From: Hydrolagus colliei
Taxonomy: Eukaryota
Direction: 5' to 3'
Length of the DNA stretch: 64,000 nt
Assembly: GCA_035084275.1 (NCBI GenBank)
Contig: CM068749.1
Span: forward strand, 11,284,001-11,348,000
Below are positions 39,222 through 50,368 of the stretch, piece after piece (within the stretch, counting starts at the first letter, position 1; every line of letters starts with the position of its first letter). The notes beneath the pieces are model-generated. The model was not told where the DNA came from. It did no database searches and saw only the letters and a program-made list of their open reading frames with translations. The position numbers and the translations under genes were made by a program.

Positions 39222-39635
39222 GTGTCAGCCTGATATGGTTGGCAGTACTCTCGGCTCAGATAAGTTAGAAGGGACATTGAACTCATATAGTCTGGTTAAC
39301 ACTCCAGTGTAGTGCTGGAGGCGCATAAATAAATAATAATCCTTGCATTTGATATAGCGCTTTTCACATCTTCTAGAGGTCTCAAAGCACTTCACAGAAA
39401 AATTAAGTGACTGTATGTTTTATGGGCGAGATGCACTCTTAGGAGGAGATTTTAAACCAAATTCTTATATGCCTGTTTAGGTAGGGGCTAATAATCCCAT
39501 AGCACAGTTCAAAAAGAGAAGACAGCTTCTCTCAGTGTCCTGGCCAACAACAATCTCCCAAATAAAATTGGTCATACATTCCATGGCTACTTGTCAGACA
39601 TTGGCTGTCAAATTTGACTGCAGCCAAAATACATA
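39222..39635 (+). mobile_element. SINE family B interrupted by an antisense family A tail (about 39327-39435)
   Basis: The Deu-like core is split by aataataatccttgcatttgatatagcgcttttcacatcttctagaggtctcaaagcacttcacag. Confidence 0.75.
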
Positions 39636-40252
39636 GCCATCACACATTTTGATTTCCTTCCCATACAATACCCTGTAACGTATCGATTTGCAAATTTGTC
39701 TAAAACGTAATGTCCAAGGAACAATTCTAGTGCAATCGCTTGACCGAATAGCAAAGCTAATTGGGATGCCGCTTCTGTTCAATTTAGTCCCTGCTGGGTT
39801 TGCTATCCCCATGGCCAACTAGTCAGAGGTGCCTTATGAGTGTTGAGCAAGCCATCTGCAAAGGGTTTTAGTCCAAGGCCTGCCCTTCATTGTTTGGAGA
39901 ATTCTGGGGAGGGATGTGTTATCCTATCACTCCATATATCTCAATGGGAAATGTTGCTGTTGTATGCAAAAAAGTGTAATTGGGAATGAAAGCTTAGCTA
40001 ACAATACCAACGCCAAATTGCAGAAACATCTGGTATCCTTGGCAATTCCAGCAGGCAAAATTACACCAACATTCATTATTAAATCACAGGCATGACTTCC
40101 AGTGTGGAAAGTCCAGTATTTCCTCTGTTCTTTTATGGTTTTGTTTCCATTTTTACTGCCGCTCCCTCCTCGCTCCCTCTTTGTTTCTTTCATTGCAATT
40201 GTTCTGAAGTATTCCATATAACGTGATCGTTTTCGGTTGCTTTTCATTGCAG

Positions 40253-40345
40253 TATGAATTCAAAGCCAAGAACATCAAGAAGAAAAAAGTGAATATAATG
40301 GTGTCAGTGGATGGGGTCAAAGTCCTCCTCAGGAAGAAGAAAAAG
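40253..40345 (+). CDS. NOS1AP: NOS1AP (CAPON) internal coding exon, human exon 3 equivalent, PTB domain: [31 protein letters not shown]
   Basis: 93 nt, phase 0/0. Acceptor ttttcattgcag|, donor aaag|gtgggt. Translation is nearly identical to recalled human NOS1[33 protein letters not shown]. Confidence 0.96.
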
Positions 40346-41624
40346 GTGGGTTGACTTTGAATAAGCTTTTGAAGAGGTGATTAATTGTCAAGTTGACGTG
40401 GTGCCAATGCAGCATGTTCAATCTTCATTCACAGCTGTAGCTTCACACTTTGCGATTCTCTTGATTTAGTGTGGGCAGATAAAAGCAATTCACTGTGAAG
40501 TCCATTAATTTACATTGGTTCGACTGTTCCGATGTTTGACCCCCTTGAGTATTTATAGGACTTGGCTTCAGTTTACAGCAGAGATTTGAAAAGCTTCAGC
40601 CTTTGACTATGGCAATGATTGATTGGGACATCTCTTTATGCCCACTCGTACCTAGCTGCAGATTATGAGATTCTTGTTACAATTACAAGTGGCAGTTGTA
40701 AGAGGTAAACTTCAGAACTTGTGATTTTTCTGTTAAAATCTCCACGTGAAATCTTTTTTTGTGACCAAATGGAAAGGCCTTGGAGATTTCAACACGTATT
40801 CATCAAAAATAAATAAGGTGGCATTGTAATCTGACCATTTAAAATCTTCACCATGGCAGTAACATTGCGCAATAGGTTATATAAAGTGTCAGTAATTAAT
40901 AATAATCTTTGCGTTTGATATAGCGATTTATCACATGGTTGAGACTTTTTTTGATTTTTGGTTTTATATCGTCTGACCTGTATTGTTTGTGAGACCTTTG
41001 CTGTATGTAAATTTGCTGCCATATTTACCTGCAATAGTCTCTAGTCTAGACTTTTACTGATTATGTACCTTTAATGAATGTATATAATCCACGACTGTTT
41101 GTGGGACACTGTTGATCCCACGATTGATCTAAAGGAATTTTCAATTCGCCAGATGGTCTGGTGGCCAGTCGCTAGACATGGTGCCTTTACAGTGGTGGAT
41201 TTCACAAGAAGCTTTACAGCAACTGAGTGAATGATGCCCCCGCTTTAAGTGAACAGTGTTGAACCTACGGAAAAAGTTATTTTCAAAAACTAAATCGATT
41301 CTCATTAGCTATGCCGTTTAAACAATATTATGTTTTAGAACGGCGCCTCTTGATTTATTTCTAACCTGCAAACCTCAGCGGTCTGCCAGTTATTGAGTGC
41401 AATGCCCTGACCTATCTGCTTCTGTGCAGTGAATGATGCAGGTCACCTTTGCAAACATTAGTCCACACGCCGTAAGAGTTTGTCACCGGATGACTGGCCG
41501 GCCTGGCTTATTTTGTTTCTGAATTAATAGTTACCCAGGAGCGATCATTGGATCCCGTAGCAATGAAACTGCCACTGCGATCTGTCAGGTTCTACAATTC
41601 TAGTTCAGGGGTAATATACAATGT

Positions 41625-41960
41625 AATCGGGCTCCATGCAAATGCAAGGTAATTTACCTTTTGCATAGGGAACAAAGGACATCTCAAAGTTCTTCATACA
41701 GCTGGCTGGGTATCTAAAATGTATGGTGGGGGAATCTTGGTGTGGTGGAAGATGATAGAAAAAATATGAGTGGTAAGTTTTAAGGCGAATGTTAAGCTGG
41801 GAAAAGAGGGGGTGAAGTTGCAAAGGTGTGTAGGGGAGCGGGAAAAGGCAGAATGGAGGGGACATGGTGTTTGGGGCTGAGCCAAGGGAGCAACCGGGTA
41901 GGTAGATTTGCAGGAGGTCTCAGAGACAGGATGAGAGAGGAAGTGAACCTGCACTATCTA
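41625..41960 (-). mobile_element. L2 3' fragment
   Basis: Tail remnant ggacatctcaaagttcttca, then a purine-rich segment encoding degenerate ...LKTYHSYF / KLTTHIF on the minus strand. Confidence 0.55.
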
Positions 41961-42714
41961 CACTGTGAGGAAAACAAACGAATGTGGCACAAGGTTGAGG
42001 TTGAACTATAGAGAGAGCTCATGTATCCTTGCAAGGACCTATGAGATCTGACCTGTGCCCCACTGAGTTCCCATACAGTGACCAATGGGCTGGCTGCAGT
42101 GGAATGTGATCTTTCACTCTCCTGTTACTGTACAAATAATTGGCAAGGCACAAGGTCAATGCACTTAAGCTTTCATCTCAGCCTGTCTTATTATAATGAC
42201 GAATTGCTCCTGTCAACATCGACTACTTTCAGTCCTTCACTCACGTGTATAAACATGGGCCCATTATCCAGGCCGCCCAGCCCAGCATGCATCATTTGAC
42301 CTCTGACACTCGTAGGAAAAAGATTTGCAACAATTCCTTGCATCAGAGCGGGAAAGAAACTCACCCCTGGTTTAATTCTTCTTCAAATAATTTTCTTCCG
42401 AGCGAATGACAATACATTACCCAAAGTAAAAGAGATTGCACTGGAAGGACATGCACCTGTCTGTCAAAGACACTGGGGGAATAACAATAATATATTAAAA
42501 ATAATAATAATAAAAATAACAATAACATATTAACCAGAGGGGCTTCCGCGGGAGCAATTGCTATCTAATCCCATGTAATTACAAGCAAAACATCCCTTCT
42601 GTCCCATTGTTGCATTGATTTCTATGCAAATCATTTCAATGCTCCATTCGGAAAGTTTATTGAGTGCAACGTGCCAGTACAAAGAGGGACTTTATTTTCT
42701 TATTTTACAAAAGC

Positions 42715-43210
42715 ACCCAGTCACTACACTTTACCATGAATCTCGTAAAGTGCTTGGACATGTGAAAGGCGCTATATCAAATGCAAGGATTATTCACGTT
42801 GGAAGGATGTGGCCAAGCTTCACAGAATATACTGTATTGTCTAATCATAACAAATAATTTATTGGTTGTAATAACTCCATTTGTGAGGACAATGCAACAG
42901 CTGAATTGTGCATACAAATGTCCCACATACAGCCAGGCAGTAAATAATTTTATTTGGGAGATTGTTGACTAAAACACCAGGAGAAACACCCTTCTCTTTT
43001 TGAACAGTGTCACAGGATTTGAATGGGCAGCCATGGTCTTCAATTTAGGTCTGTTCCAAATGACAGCACTTCCAGCGATCTAGCAGCCAGCCCCCAAGTT
43101 CCTCATCATCTTAGTCTGTGAGGTCAACGACATGGTAAAAGACATGGGGTTTGAACCCATAACCTTCTGACTCAGAGTGGAGAGTGTCGCTGACTAAGCC
43201 AGGCTGACAT
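42715..43210. mobile_element. Tail-to-tail SINE pair: + strand tail (to about 42794) abutting a - strand family B copy
   Basis: ...gctatatcaaatgcaaggattat|tcacgttggaagg...gggtttgaacccataaccttctgactcagagtggagagtg. Confidence 0.7.
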
Positions 43211-45459
43211 TGTACATTGTAATTCAGCCCTTGTGTCAGCTCCAGCCATTATACTGGAGCATTTCTGTGAAATCACAAGAATTGGATCAGAGTGCAGCTT
43301 TGCCTGTTGTGTAATCTTGGTTTTGCTCAGTATTTACATTGTCAAGAGCGAGAACATCAGCATGAAAATAATCATGTAACATCTACCCCAGATGCATGGC
43401 TGGTGTGTAAGCAATTATGGAGCAATTCAGTGGAACAAATGCAGAGTCAAAGAGTTGAAATGCTTTGAGATTTATTCCATCATAAAGAATACGAGCATTT
43501 TCTTGGCCTATAAAATTGTTTGACATGATGTTGTATTTTATTTTAAAATCACAAATTGCTTACAGGTTACCTGCAATATTTCTAATGATTTTTACTATGT
43601 AATTACTGTGGGGAGTGGGGGGAATTGAGAAACACACATCAGCAAAAAACATTGTTGTCCTGTTCCTGTTTTTCAAATATGTGACAAGTTAACGTGATTT
43701 GTGGTTATCTTAAGCTGTGCAAATCAGAAATGTGATCACGTCACTTGAATGTGATGGAAAATCATAAAGGAAATGCTTGACAGGATAATTTCTTTTTTTC
43801 TCTCTCCCTTTTCTCACTTGCTTTCTCTTTCACTTTCTTTCCCTTCCACCCGCCATTTGCAATGTTAAACAACTGTACCATGGACTAATATACAGACCCT
43901 GTGAACCTTGTGCTGTTTGAGGGAGGAGGGAAATTTATATGAAATGAAATCCAGCAATCTGACATATATCATAGTTTCGGATTTTGCCTAATCTTGTGCA
44001 TGCAGTGACAATTGATTGTCAGGGGGGAACACAATATATGGATTATAATTTGCTAATAACAAAATCCTTACTTTGATATAGCGACTTTCATGTCGGGAAG
44101 ACATCTCAAAGTGGATTTGTCAAGAAGTGGAGTGACTGTGTATTTTGTGGGCATTTTACATAGTACAGTACAGAATACTTTGAATTCAAACACTTGTGAC
44201 ATGATCCAATAACTGTTTATTTACTGATTTAAAGAGCTGATACTTTTAGATACTTTTAGACCCAGGTGTTGTTTGTGCTCCTTGATCCATTAGTTGATAT
44301 AGGTCTTCTACAACAATATCTTAAGTCATGTACAGTATTTGGATGCATTTGTAATAGAAATATCTTTTGGGATGGGGTGGGTGGACACCATTAGAAAGAT
44401 TGTTTATGAGGGGTCTGGGATATTATTTTCTTTATTTCTTTGAGCACTGATATTGTTTAATGTAATATTGTGAGTGACTATTTATGTATTTTAATATAAA
44501 GTGGGGTTTTCTATTGAATGCTTTTTGTTGTTTCGGATGATTTCCCAAGTCAGATTGTTAGTTTACTCTTAGTGTTGTAGAGGCATTCTGCTCTGTTGCT
44601 TTTATTCTGTGTAGATCTGTCAGTAGAGCAGCCAGTGTAATGTAATGCGCAGGTTATATAGTAAGTACTGTACTCTTTATTGGTGTAGTTTAGTGTGCTG
44701 CTAGCCTTTCAGATTGGAGTGCGGTTCTTATGGTTAATATTGGAGCTTTGGCATTTCAAATCACAAACTGTATGATTGTTAATTGATTATTGATTGCTCT
44801 AGATAACCAAGAGTCTAGAATCAAAGGACGAGGAGAGGAGAGTGACCCCGACTTCATTCTGGATGACTCTCCTTGTAAGTTGTTTTAGAATATTTACCTC
44901 TATAAATATTATTTTCAGTGTTTGCTTTTTTTTGTATTTTTCAATGGTTAATTTTTTTAACAATCATTTCTAAAAACGTATCCTTTTCTCATAAAAACCG
45001 CTTCTAAATATATCCACATATATAGTGAAAGCATGCTTTTTTGTACCCTTGTATATTGTTTGGCTGTTTGTTCCCCCCATTTTAGGGTGAAATGATTTTT
45101 TCCCCCCTCTGTCTCTCTCAGACAATTGCAAGGGTCAAATGCAAGGATTATTATTATAATTGAGGAGTTGTACATTTTCCAATCTCAAAATGAAAAGTTT
45201 AAGAGCTGTGGCAAAGGGCAGATGAGCTCATGCCCTGTGTTGATAACTGGGACTCAGGAAGTTATAGCTGCAAAGCAATGGGTGGACTGAAGGGGGAAAT
45301 GGTCGTATGAAATGCCACGTGTCTTTTGCCGGAGAACCAGGTTTTGGAAGCTGGGCTCCACCCCAGTCCTACCCATCAGGGAGATGACATAAAACTGGTC
45401 ATGGATACAATTGAGCAAATTCCTTACTAGTTGATTATGGCAGGTCCTTATTTCCCCTA

Positions 45460-45680
45460 ATAATAATAATCTTTGCATTTGATGTACCACTTTTCACATC
45501 ATCTAGATGTCTCAAAGCACTTTACAGAATATACTGTAAAGTGAATTGACTGAATAACACGGCAGCCAATTGCACACAGCAGTGTCCCACAAACAGTAGT
45601 GTATTGACGAGGCCAATTTATTGTTTTTTTCTTGAGGGATTGTTATCAGGCATGTGGAGTAAGAAAGCTTGTACAAGATT
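45460..45680 (-). mobile_element. SINE family A, headless
   Basis: aataataatctttgcatttgat...gcagccaattgcacacagcagtgtcccacaaacag...ggagtaagaaagcttg. Confidence 0.85.
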
Positions 45681-46224
45681 TTCAGAACCTCGTCTCTCCA
45701 AGGTCTGCCTCTCCCCATTGCTGATCTTTAGCAGCCATTACTTCCAGTTCTGCTTCACCACCTTGCTGGCCCTTTCTGCTCCACCACTTTCACTTAAGTT
45801 ATTACGAGCATGGTCTCTCGCATGTCTGCCGCATTGCACTGCTTCCAGCCGGGCTGCTTCCCCCTTTCCTCTCAGCCTCCTCTTTTTAATAAGAACATTG
45901 TGCGATAATTTGTTGGCTACATTGGAGATGGTGGTTGGGGCGATGATATCTTTTTATCTCTCTGTGAGATATAAAACTTATATAAAACTACAACTATAAG
46001 TTGTAGACTATAAGTAAATTTAAAAAAAAGATAGATTTGTAGTTGCAATTTTATTTAAGTTGCTCTTTGATCAGGGTGAAAGGGTTACTCAGTTTCATAT
46101 TTTTATATTTCAAGGCCACTCGATACTGTCGGTCTGCTGACCATGGATTTTGAAATCACTGGCTGGGAAGTGGCTGCTCTTCTGCCAACTCTGTCTCTGA
46201 CTGTTTGTAGAACATTGCTGTGCA

Positions 46225-46325
46225 TAAATACACAGTCAACAAATACACAGTCAATCCACTTTACAATATGCCCTGTAAAGCGCTTTGAGTAGTGAGGAGT
46301 TATATCAAATGCAAAGATTATTATA
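46225..46325 (+). mobile_element. SINE 3' tail fragment
   Basis: cagtcaatccactttacaatatgccctgtaaagcgctttgag...atatcaaatgcaaagattatta. Confidence 0.7.
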
Positions 46326-47704
46326 ATTAATGTGTCTTCCGAGTCAGCAAATCGCTGTCTTAAGAAAGTGACAGACCACACGGCAAAACAAATTGGCAAC
46401 CCAGTTTGGGAGTATGTGTGGCAAAGAGCTGTGGGCCAAGTGTTTTTATAACTTTGCTAACTGTACATAATGTGTGGTTTCTGGCTGTTTTATTGGTTGA
46501 CTCTCAGTATGATAGAAGGCTATCATCCAAAGTCAGAGCTGCTTCCTGTATGATTGGTGACTGTTTGTCAAATGTATGTCAATGTGGCACAGAACATTAT
46601 TTTCTTTGGCTTCCAGACTCTCATCGTGTCTTCCATAGAGTTTTCTTCTTCCTGCAGGTAGCTTTCCCTTCCCTCTAACGTGTCTATCTCAACTATTCCC
46701 TACTGCTTTCCCAAAAGCAGTCGGTCACTCATGCTAGATCCAGTTTGTTCGGCAATCATTACCCTCCAATAACAGGAAAGGTATTCTTAATGTGTGAGTC
46801 GAAACAATTACTGGTGGTGTTGGTGGAGTTCAAATATGTGACATTACAAACCAGATGTGATTCGTTAATTCGGGTTTGTAGAATGGGAGATTTGCAGGAG
46901 AGTCGTAAAACCAAATTGGGATTTACAAAGTCCCCAAAACACAGCCTGCCATCAAACCTTTGCTGACAAGATCTAGTGTGGATAAGAACTGCAAATACCA
47001 GAAGTGATGCCAAGTCACTGTAGATCACTAATACACTATAATTCACTGCCAGTAAATTGTAGGACGCTACTTCTGGAGGTATCCTCTTCATACTATAACA
47101 TCAGAACTTCTATGAGTGACACAAACATTTGGCACTGGCCTGCAATACACGTGCTGTTTAGTATAAGTTGATTGATTGCCCTAAAGTAAGAAACAACCTG
47201 CAGAAAATGACCATATTACATTGAACAACTGAGCACTTGGACTCACACGCACACAAGTGCTAACGGATTGTTTCCAACCGGGAACATGATTTGCATCATT
47301 TTGCACCAGATCTGTAAATTATGCAACATAATCCATTCTGATGTGTGATTATAGTGGCTTCTGTCGCAAGCGTGGTAATTGCCTTTACAACCTCAGCCCT
47401 GGGAAAGAATGTGATCACCCAGAGCTCCGGTCAAGTCTTCCACCATCACTTATGTTGCACAAAATGTAACTAAGTATTTAAAATGGACAATAAGCATTTT
47501 GTTTTGCCCTTGCTCAAGTCAGAGTTCTAGGATAGACAGGAAAATGCCCCTATTTTGGCCCACATGCTCAAAAATGATACTAAAGTAGAGGTTTCTTTTG
47601 TTACTGCACATGTCCCAAACAGTTTGGAACTCGCATGAATATTGCACGTTGTGAAGTTCCCATATTTATGCTGAACAACAAGAACTTACATTTATATACA
47701 CAAT

Positions 47705-47821
47705 TAGCTGCGGCATTCCATCGCAAAATACAGTCAATCCACTTTACAGTATATTCTGTGAAGCTCTTTGTGACATGTCAATAACGTGTTAAGGCACTAT
47801 ATCAAATGCAAGGAATATTAT
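47705..47821 (+). mobile_element. SINE 3' fragment
   Basis: aaaatacagtcaatccactttacagtatattctgtgaag...tatatcaaatgcaaggaatatta. Confidence 0.75.
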
Positions 47822-48102
47822 ACTGTATTGATATAATGCCCTGTATGTAGCACGCATTAGGACCGCTATACTTATCTTCAGTGTTCCTAGGCTAGAGGCT
47901 CCTGTAAAAAGGTGAACAAATTGAAAGCGGGGAGGGATTGACCATATTCGACACTCGGTGTAACATTCCTTGCTTGTGCTTAGCACATAATACAAGTGTG
48001 CATTTATACTTGGTTTGACACCCTACCCTTGCATTGGACTTTCAGACTGTTTAACCACCTGTCATTGAGGTTCGCTAAATATTCCCATCTTTTTTCCCAC
48101 AG

Positions 48103-48161
48103 AAAAAAGAATGGACCTGGGATGAGAGCAAGATGTTGGTGATGCAGGATCCTATCTACAG
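48103..48161 (+). CDS. NOS1AP: NOS1AP internal coding exon, human exon 4 equivalent: KKEWTWDESKMLVMQDPIY(R)
   Basis: 59 nt, phase 0/2. Acceptor tttttcccacag|, donor acag|gtgagt. Matches the recalled human peptide and continues the frame of the previous exon. Confidence 0.96.
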
Positions 48162-48644
48162 GTGAGTCAGTGCTCCCATTGGACAGCCGTCTATTTGCAA
48201 TTGATCCTGGAGTGATCCTATTTGTCAAGGGCCCAGTGAGAGGAGTTCAAAGCTCAACAGAGAGCCAATAAACAACTATTATTTACAAAGCACCCTGGTA
48301 TACGACAGGTGGCAAGAAGACAACATCTGACTTATTGCAGCTCTTAGGAATTCTTCTGCCATTCATTAATGCACCAGAAACAATTCAAAACGTTCCCCGG
48401 TGGTTTAATCCATTGAGCTGTTTTGCAGAACAGTAAATTTGGTTTCAGGGAGATATTGCTAATTCCCATCAGTGTGTTTTATGTCTTGCATCAGCCGTGG
48501 TGATGGACTAAATCATTTCAATGCGAAATTGTGCCTCATTTCTAGGATTTGTTTGTGGAATCTGTTTAGATCCAATTTATTTCATAATGAACAAACGACC
48601 TGGAGCGAGAATATTTAATGGTGAAGGATTTGCTATTTATAATA

Positions 48645-48870
48645 ATAAATCTTGCAGTTGAAATCCAGTGTATACTAATTCTTGTATTTGATACAGAGCT
48701 TTTACACGGCAAGAGGAAAGCCCTTCATAGGATTTACTGTAAAGTGTGGTGACAGTGCATTTGTAAATGTGGCAGCCCATTTGTGTCCCACAAAAGGCAA
48801 AGAAGTTGAATGACCAATTTTGTTTGGAGGATTGTTGGCTAGCCCACTGGGAGAAACTCCCCTCTTGTTA
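48645..48870 (-). mobile_element. SINE 3' part, probably family B
   Basis: cttgtatttgatacagagcttttacac...gtggcagcccatttgtgtcccacaaa...ggattgttggctagcccactgggagaaactcccctc. Confidence 0.7.
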
Positions 48871-49714
48871 AATAATAATGAATCCGTTGAGTCAGAGACT
48901 GAAATAAACGTGCAGGTGTGACGAAATACTACATTAACATTTGCTGGTCAGAATGTGAGAACTGGGAAGGACACATTTATGCTGAACTCTGTGAGCATAA
49001 CAGCACAACTGTTCCCATTTACTCAACAACAACAACTTGGACTTAAATAGCGTCCTCCACAGGGGACAGCATCTCAGTCGCAACTGGAGAATTATTGTGT
49101 GACCACAAGCAAGATTCAGGGTTGCACGTTGTGCTCTTGATTTTCTTCTTTTCGCTTCAGAGAAATACCAAGCATTTTTTGGTTACCGTTATTTGTTTAA
49201 CGTGCTTGAAAGTCATTTATTTTGACATGATAAAATGTGAAATAATATCCAGTTGTTTGGTGACAATGATGGCAGAGACGATGGGCCATGTACCGTAATA
49301 ATTAGCCAGTGAGAATTTTCATTAGCCTGGATAGTGTGGTGGTTGGTGTCCTGTATTAATGCCATGTTTAGGACTGACCCACCCTCACCCCCAATACTTA
49401 CACTTGCTCACAAAACACATAGTAACTGTACTTTATTGTGTACTCTGTGAAACACTCTGCAATGTTCTTTTGACATGAAAGGCATTATACCTGAGGTAAG
49501 GATTATTATCCTTCCCGTGTGCAACCCAATGCTCCACTTATCCATATCAAAGTAATCTGCTCTTTGTACTAAAGTGTAAATTGCAGCCTTTTTTTTAATA
49601 AAAGTGCACCTTTTTTATAGACTCCATTGCTGCAATTTACCTACGCAGCCAATGGACAACCACCCAAATATGTCTACCTTCCCTTCTCAAACTAATCCTG
49701 CAAAATCACCATTA

Positions 49715-49840
49715 CAATTGGCTGCCGCGTTTTGGCCACAAATGTACAGTCAATTCACTTTACAGTGTATTCTGTGAAGCGCTTTGAGACTCTAGAAGAC
49801 GTGAAAAGCGCTATATCAAATGCAAGGATTATTATTATTA
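49715..49840 (+). mobile_element. SINE family A 3' fragment, low divergence
   Basis: caattggctgccgcgttt...gcgctttgagactctagaagacgtgaaaagcgctatatcaaatgcaaggattattattatta. Confidence 0.85.
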
Positions 49841-50131
49841 CTTGCTTTAGTTTTTCAGTGTTAAATACCAGAGTTCAAACTCTGTTCACTGTTACAGCAC
49901 CACCTAGGGGCTGCAGGGCATGTATCTGAAGGTGAAAGAGCTGCAGGAAGCAGTTTTGTAACCTTAACATACCAATCTTTGTATTCACAATAAGAGCCTC
50001 ATCATGCCATCAAAGCATCAAAGCACAGGATTTTTACTGTAAAGTAAAAAATGATGAATGAGGTAGGCAATTTGCACCTAGCAATGGTTCACAAACAGCC
50101 ATAAAGTGAATGAATAGCTTAATAACCTTGA

Positions 50132-50368
50132 CAAAACACAAAATACTGCAGATGCTGGGAATCTGAAACAAAAACAAAGGGTTGCTGGGGAAGCTCAGCA
50201 GGTCAAGCAGCATCCATGGAGAAAGGAAAAAGAGTCAACGTTTTGGGTCTACAACCCTTCTTCAAGACTGCAGGTCCTGATGAAGGGTTGTAGACCCGAA
50301 ACGTTGACTCTTTTTCCTTTCTCCAGGGATGCTGCTTGACCTGCTGAGTTTCCCCAGCAACTTTTGTA
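50132..50368. mobile_element. Penelope-like (PLE)-derived fold-back element with a hammerhead-like motif
   Basis: Inverted arms of about 94 bp (50174-50268 and 50274-50367) with few mismatches. Flanked by the direct repeat aataaccttga (50121-50131, 50369-50379). The same unit occurs singly at 20153-20285. Confidence 0.75.
50273..50309 (+). ncRNA. Minimal type I hammerhead ribozyme-like motif
   Basis: ggtc-CTGATGA-a-gggt(tgtag)accc-GAAA-cgtt-gact: both core boxes, a 4-bp stem II, a palindromic ACGT stem III and a short stem I (GGUC/GACU). Confidence 0.55.

Larger units (their letters stand above)
1..40252 (+). other. NOS1AP: 3' part of the large NOS1AP intron preceding the exon-3 equivalent
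   Basis: The preceding exon ([24 protein letters not shown] in human) was not found in the window. The region is repeat-rich with no convincing ORF. Confidence 0.75.

Noticed and set aside
45200-45310. DSGSYSCKA, an Ig-like D-x-G-x-Y-x-C motif on the + strand
   Set aside because: The frame is bounded by stops within about 35 codons and lacks the other Ig landmarks, so it is most likely chance.
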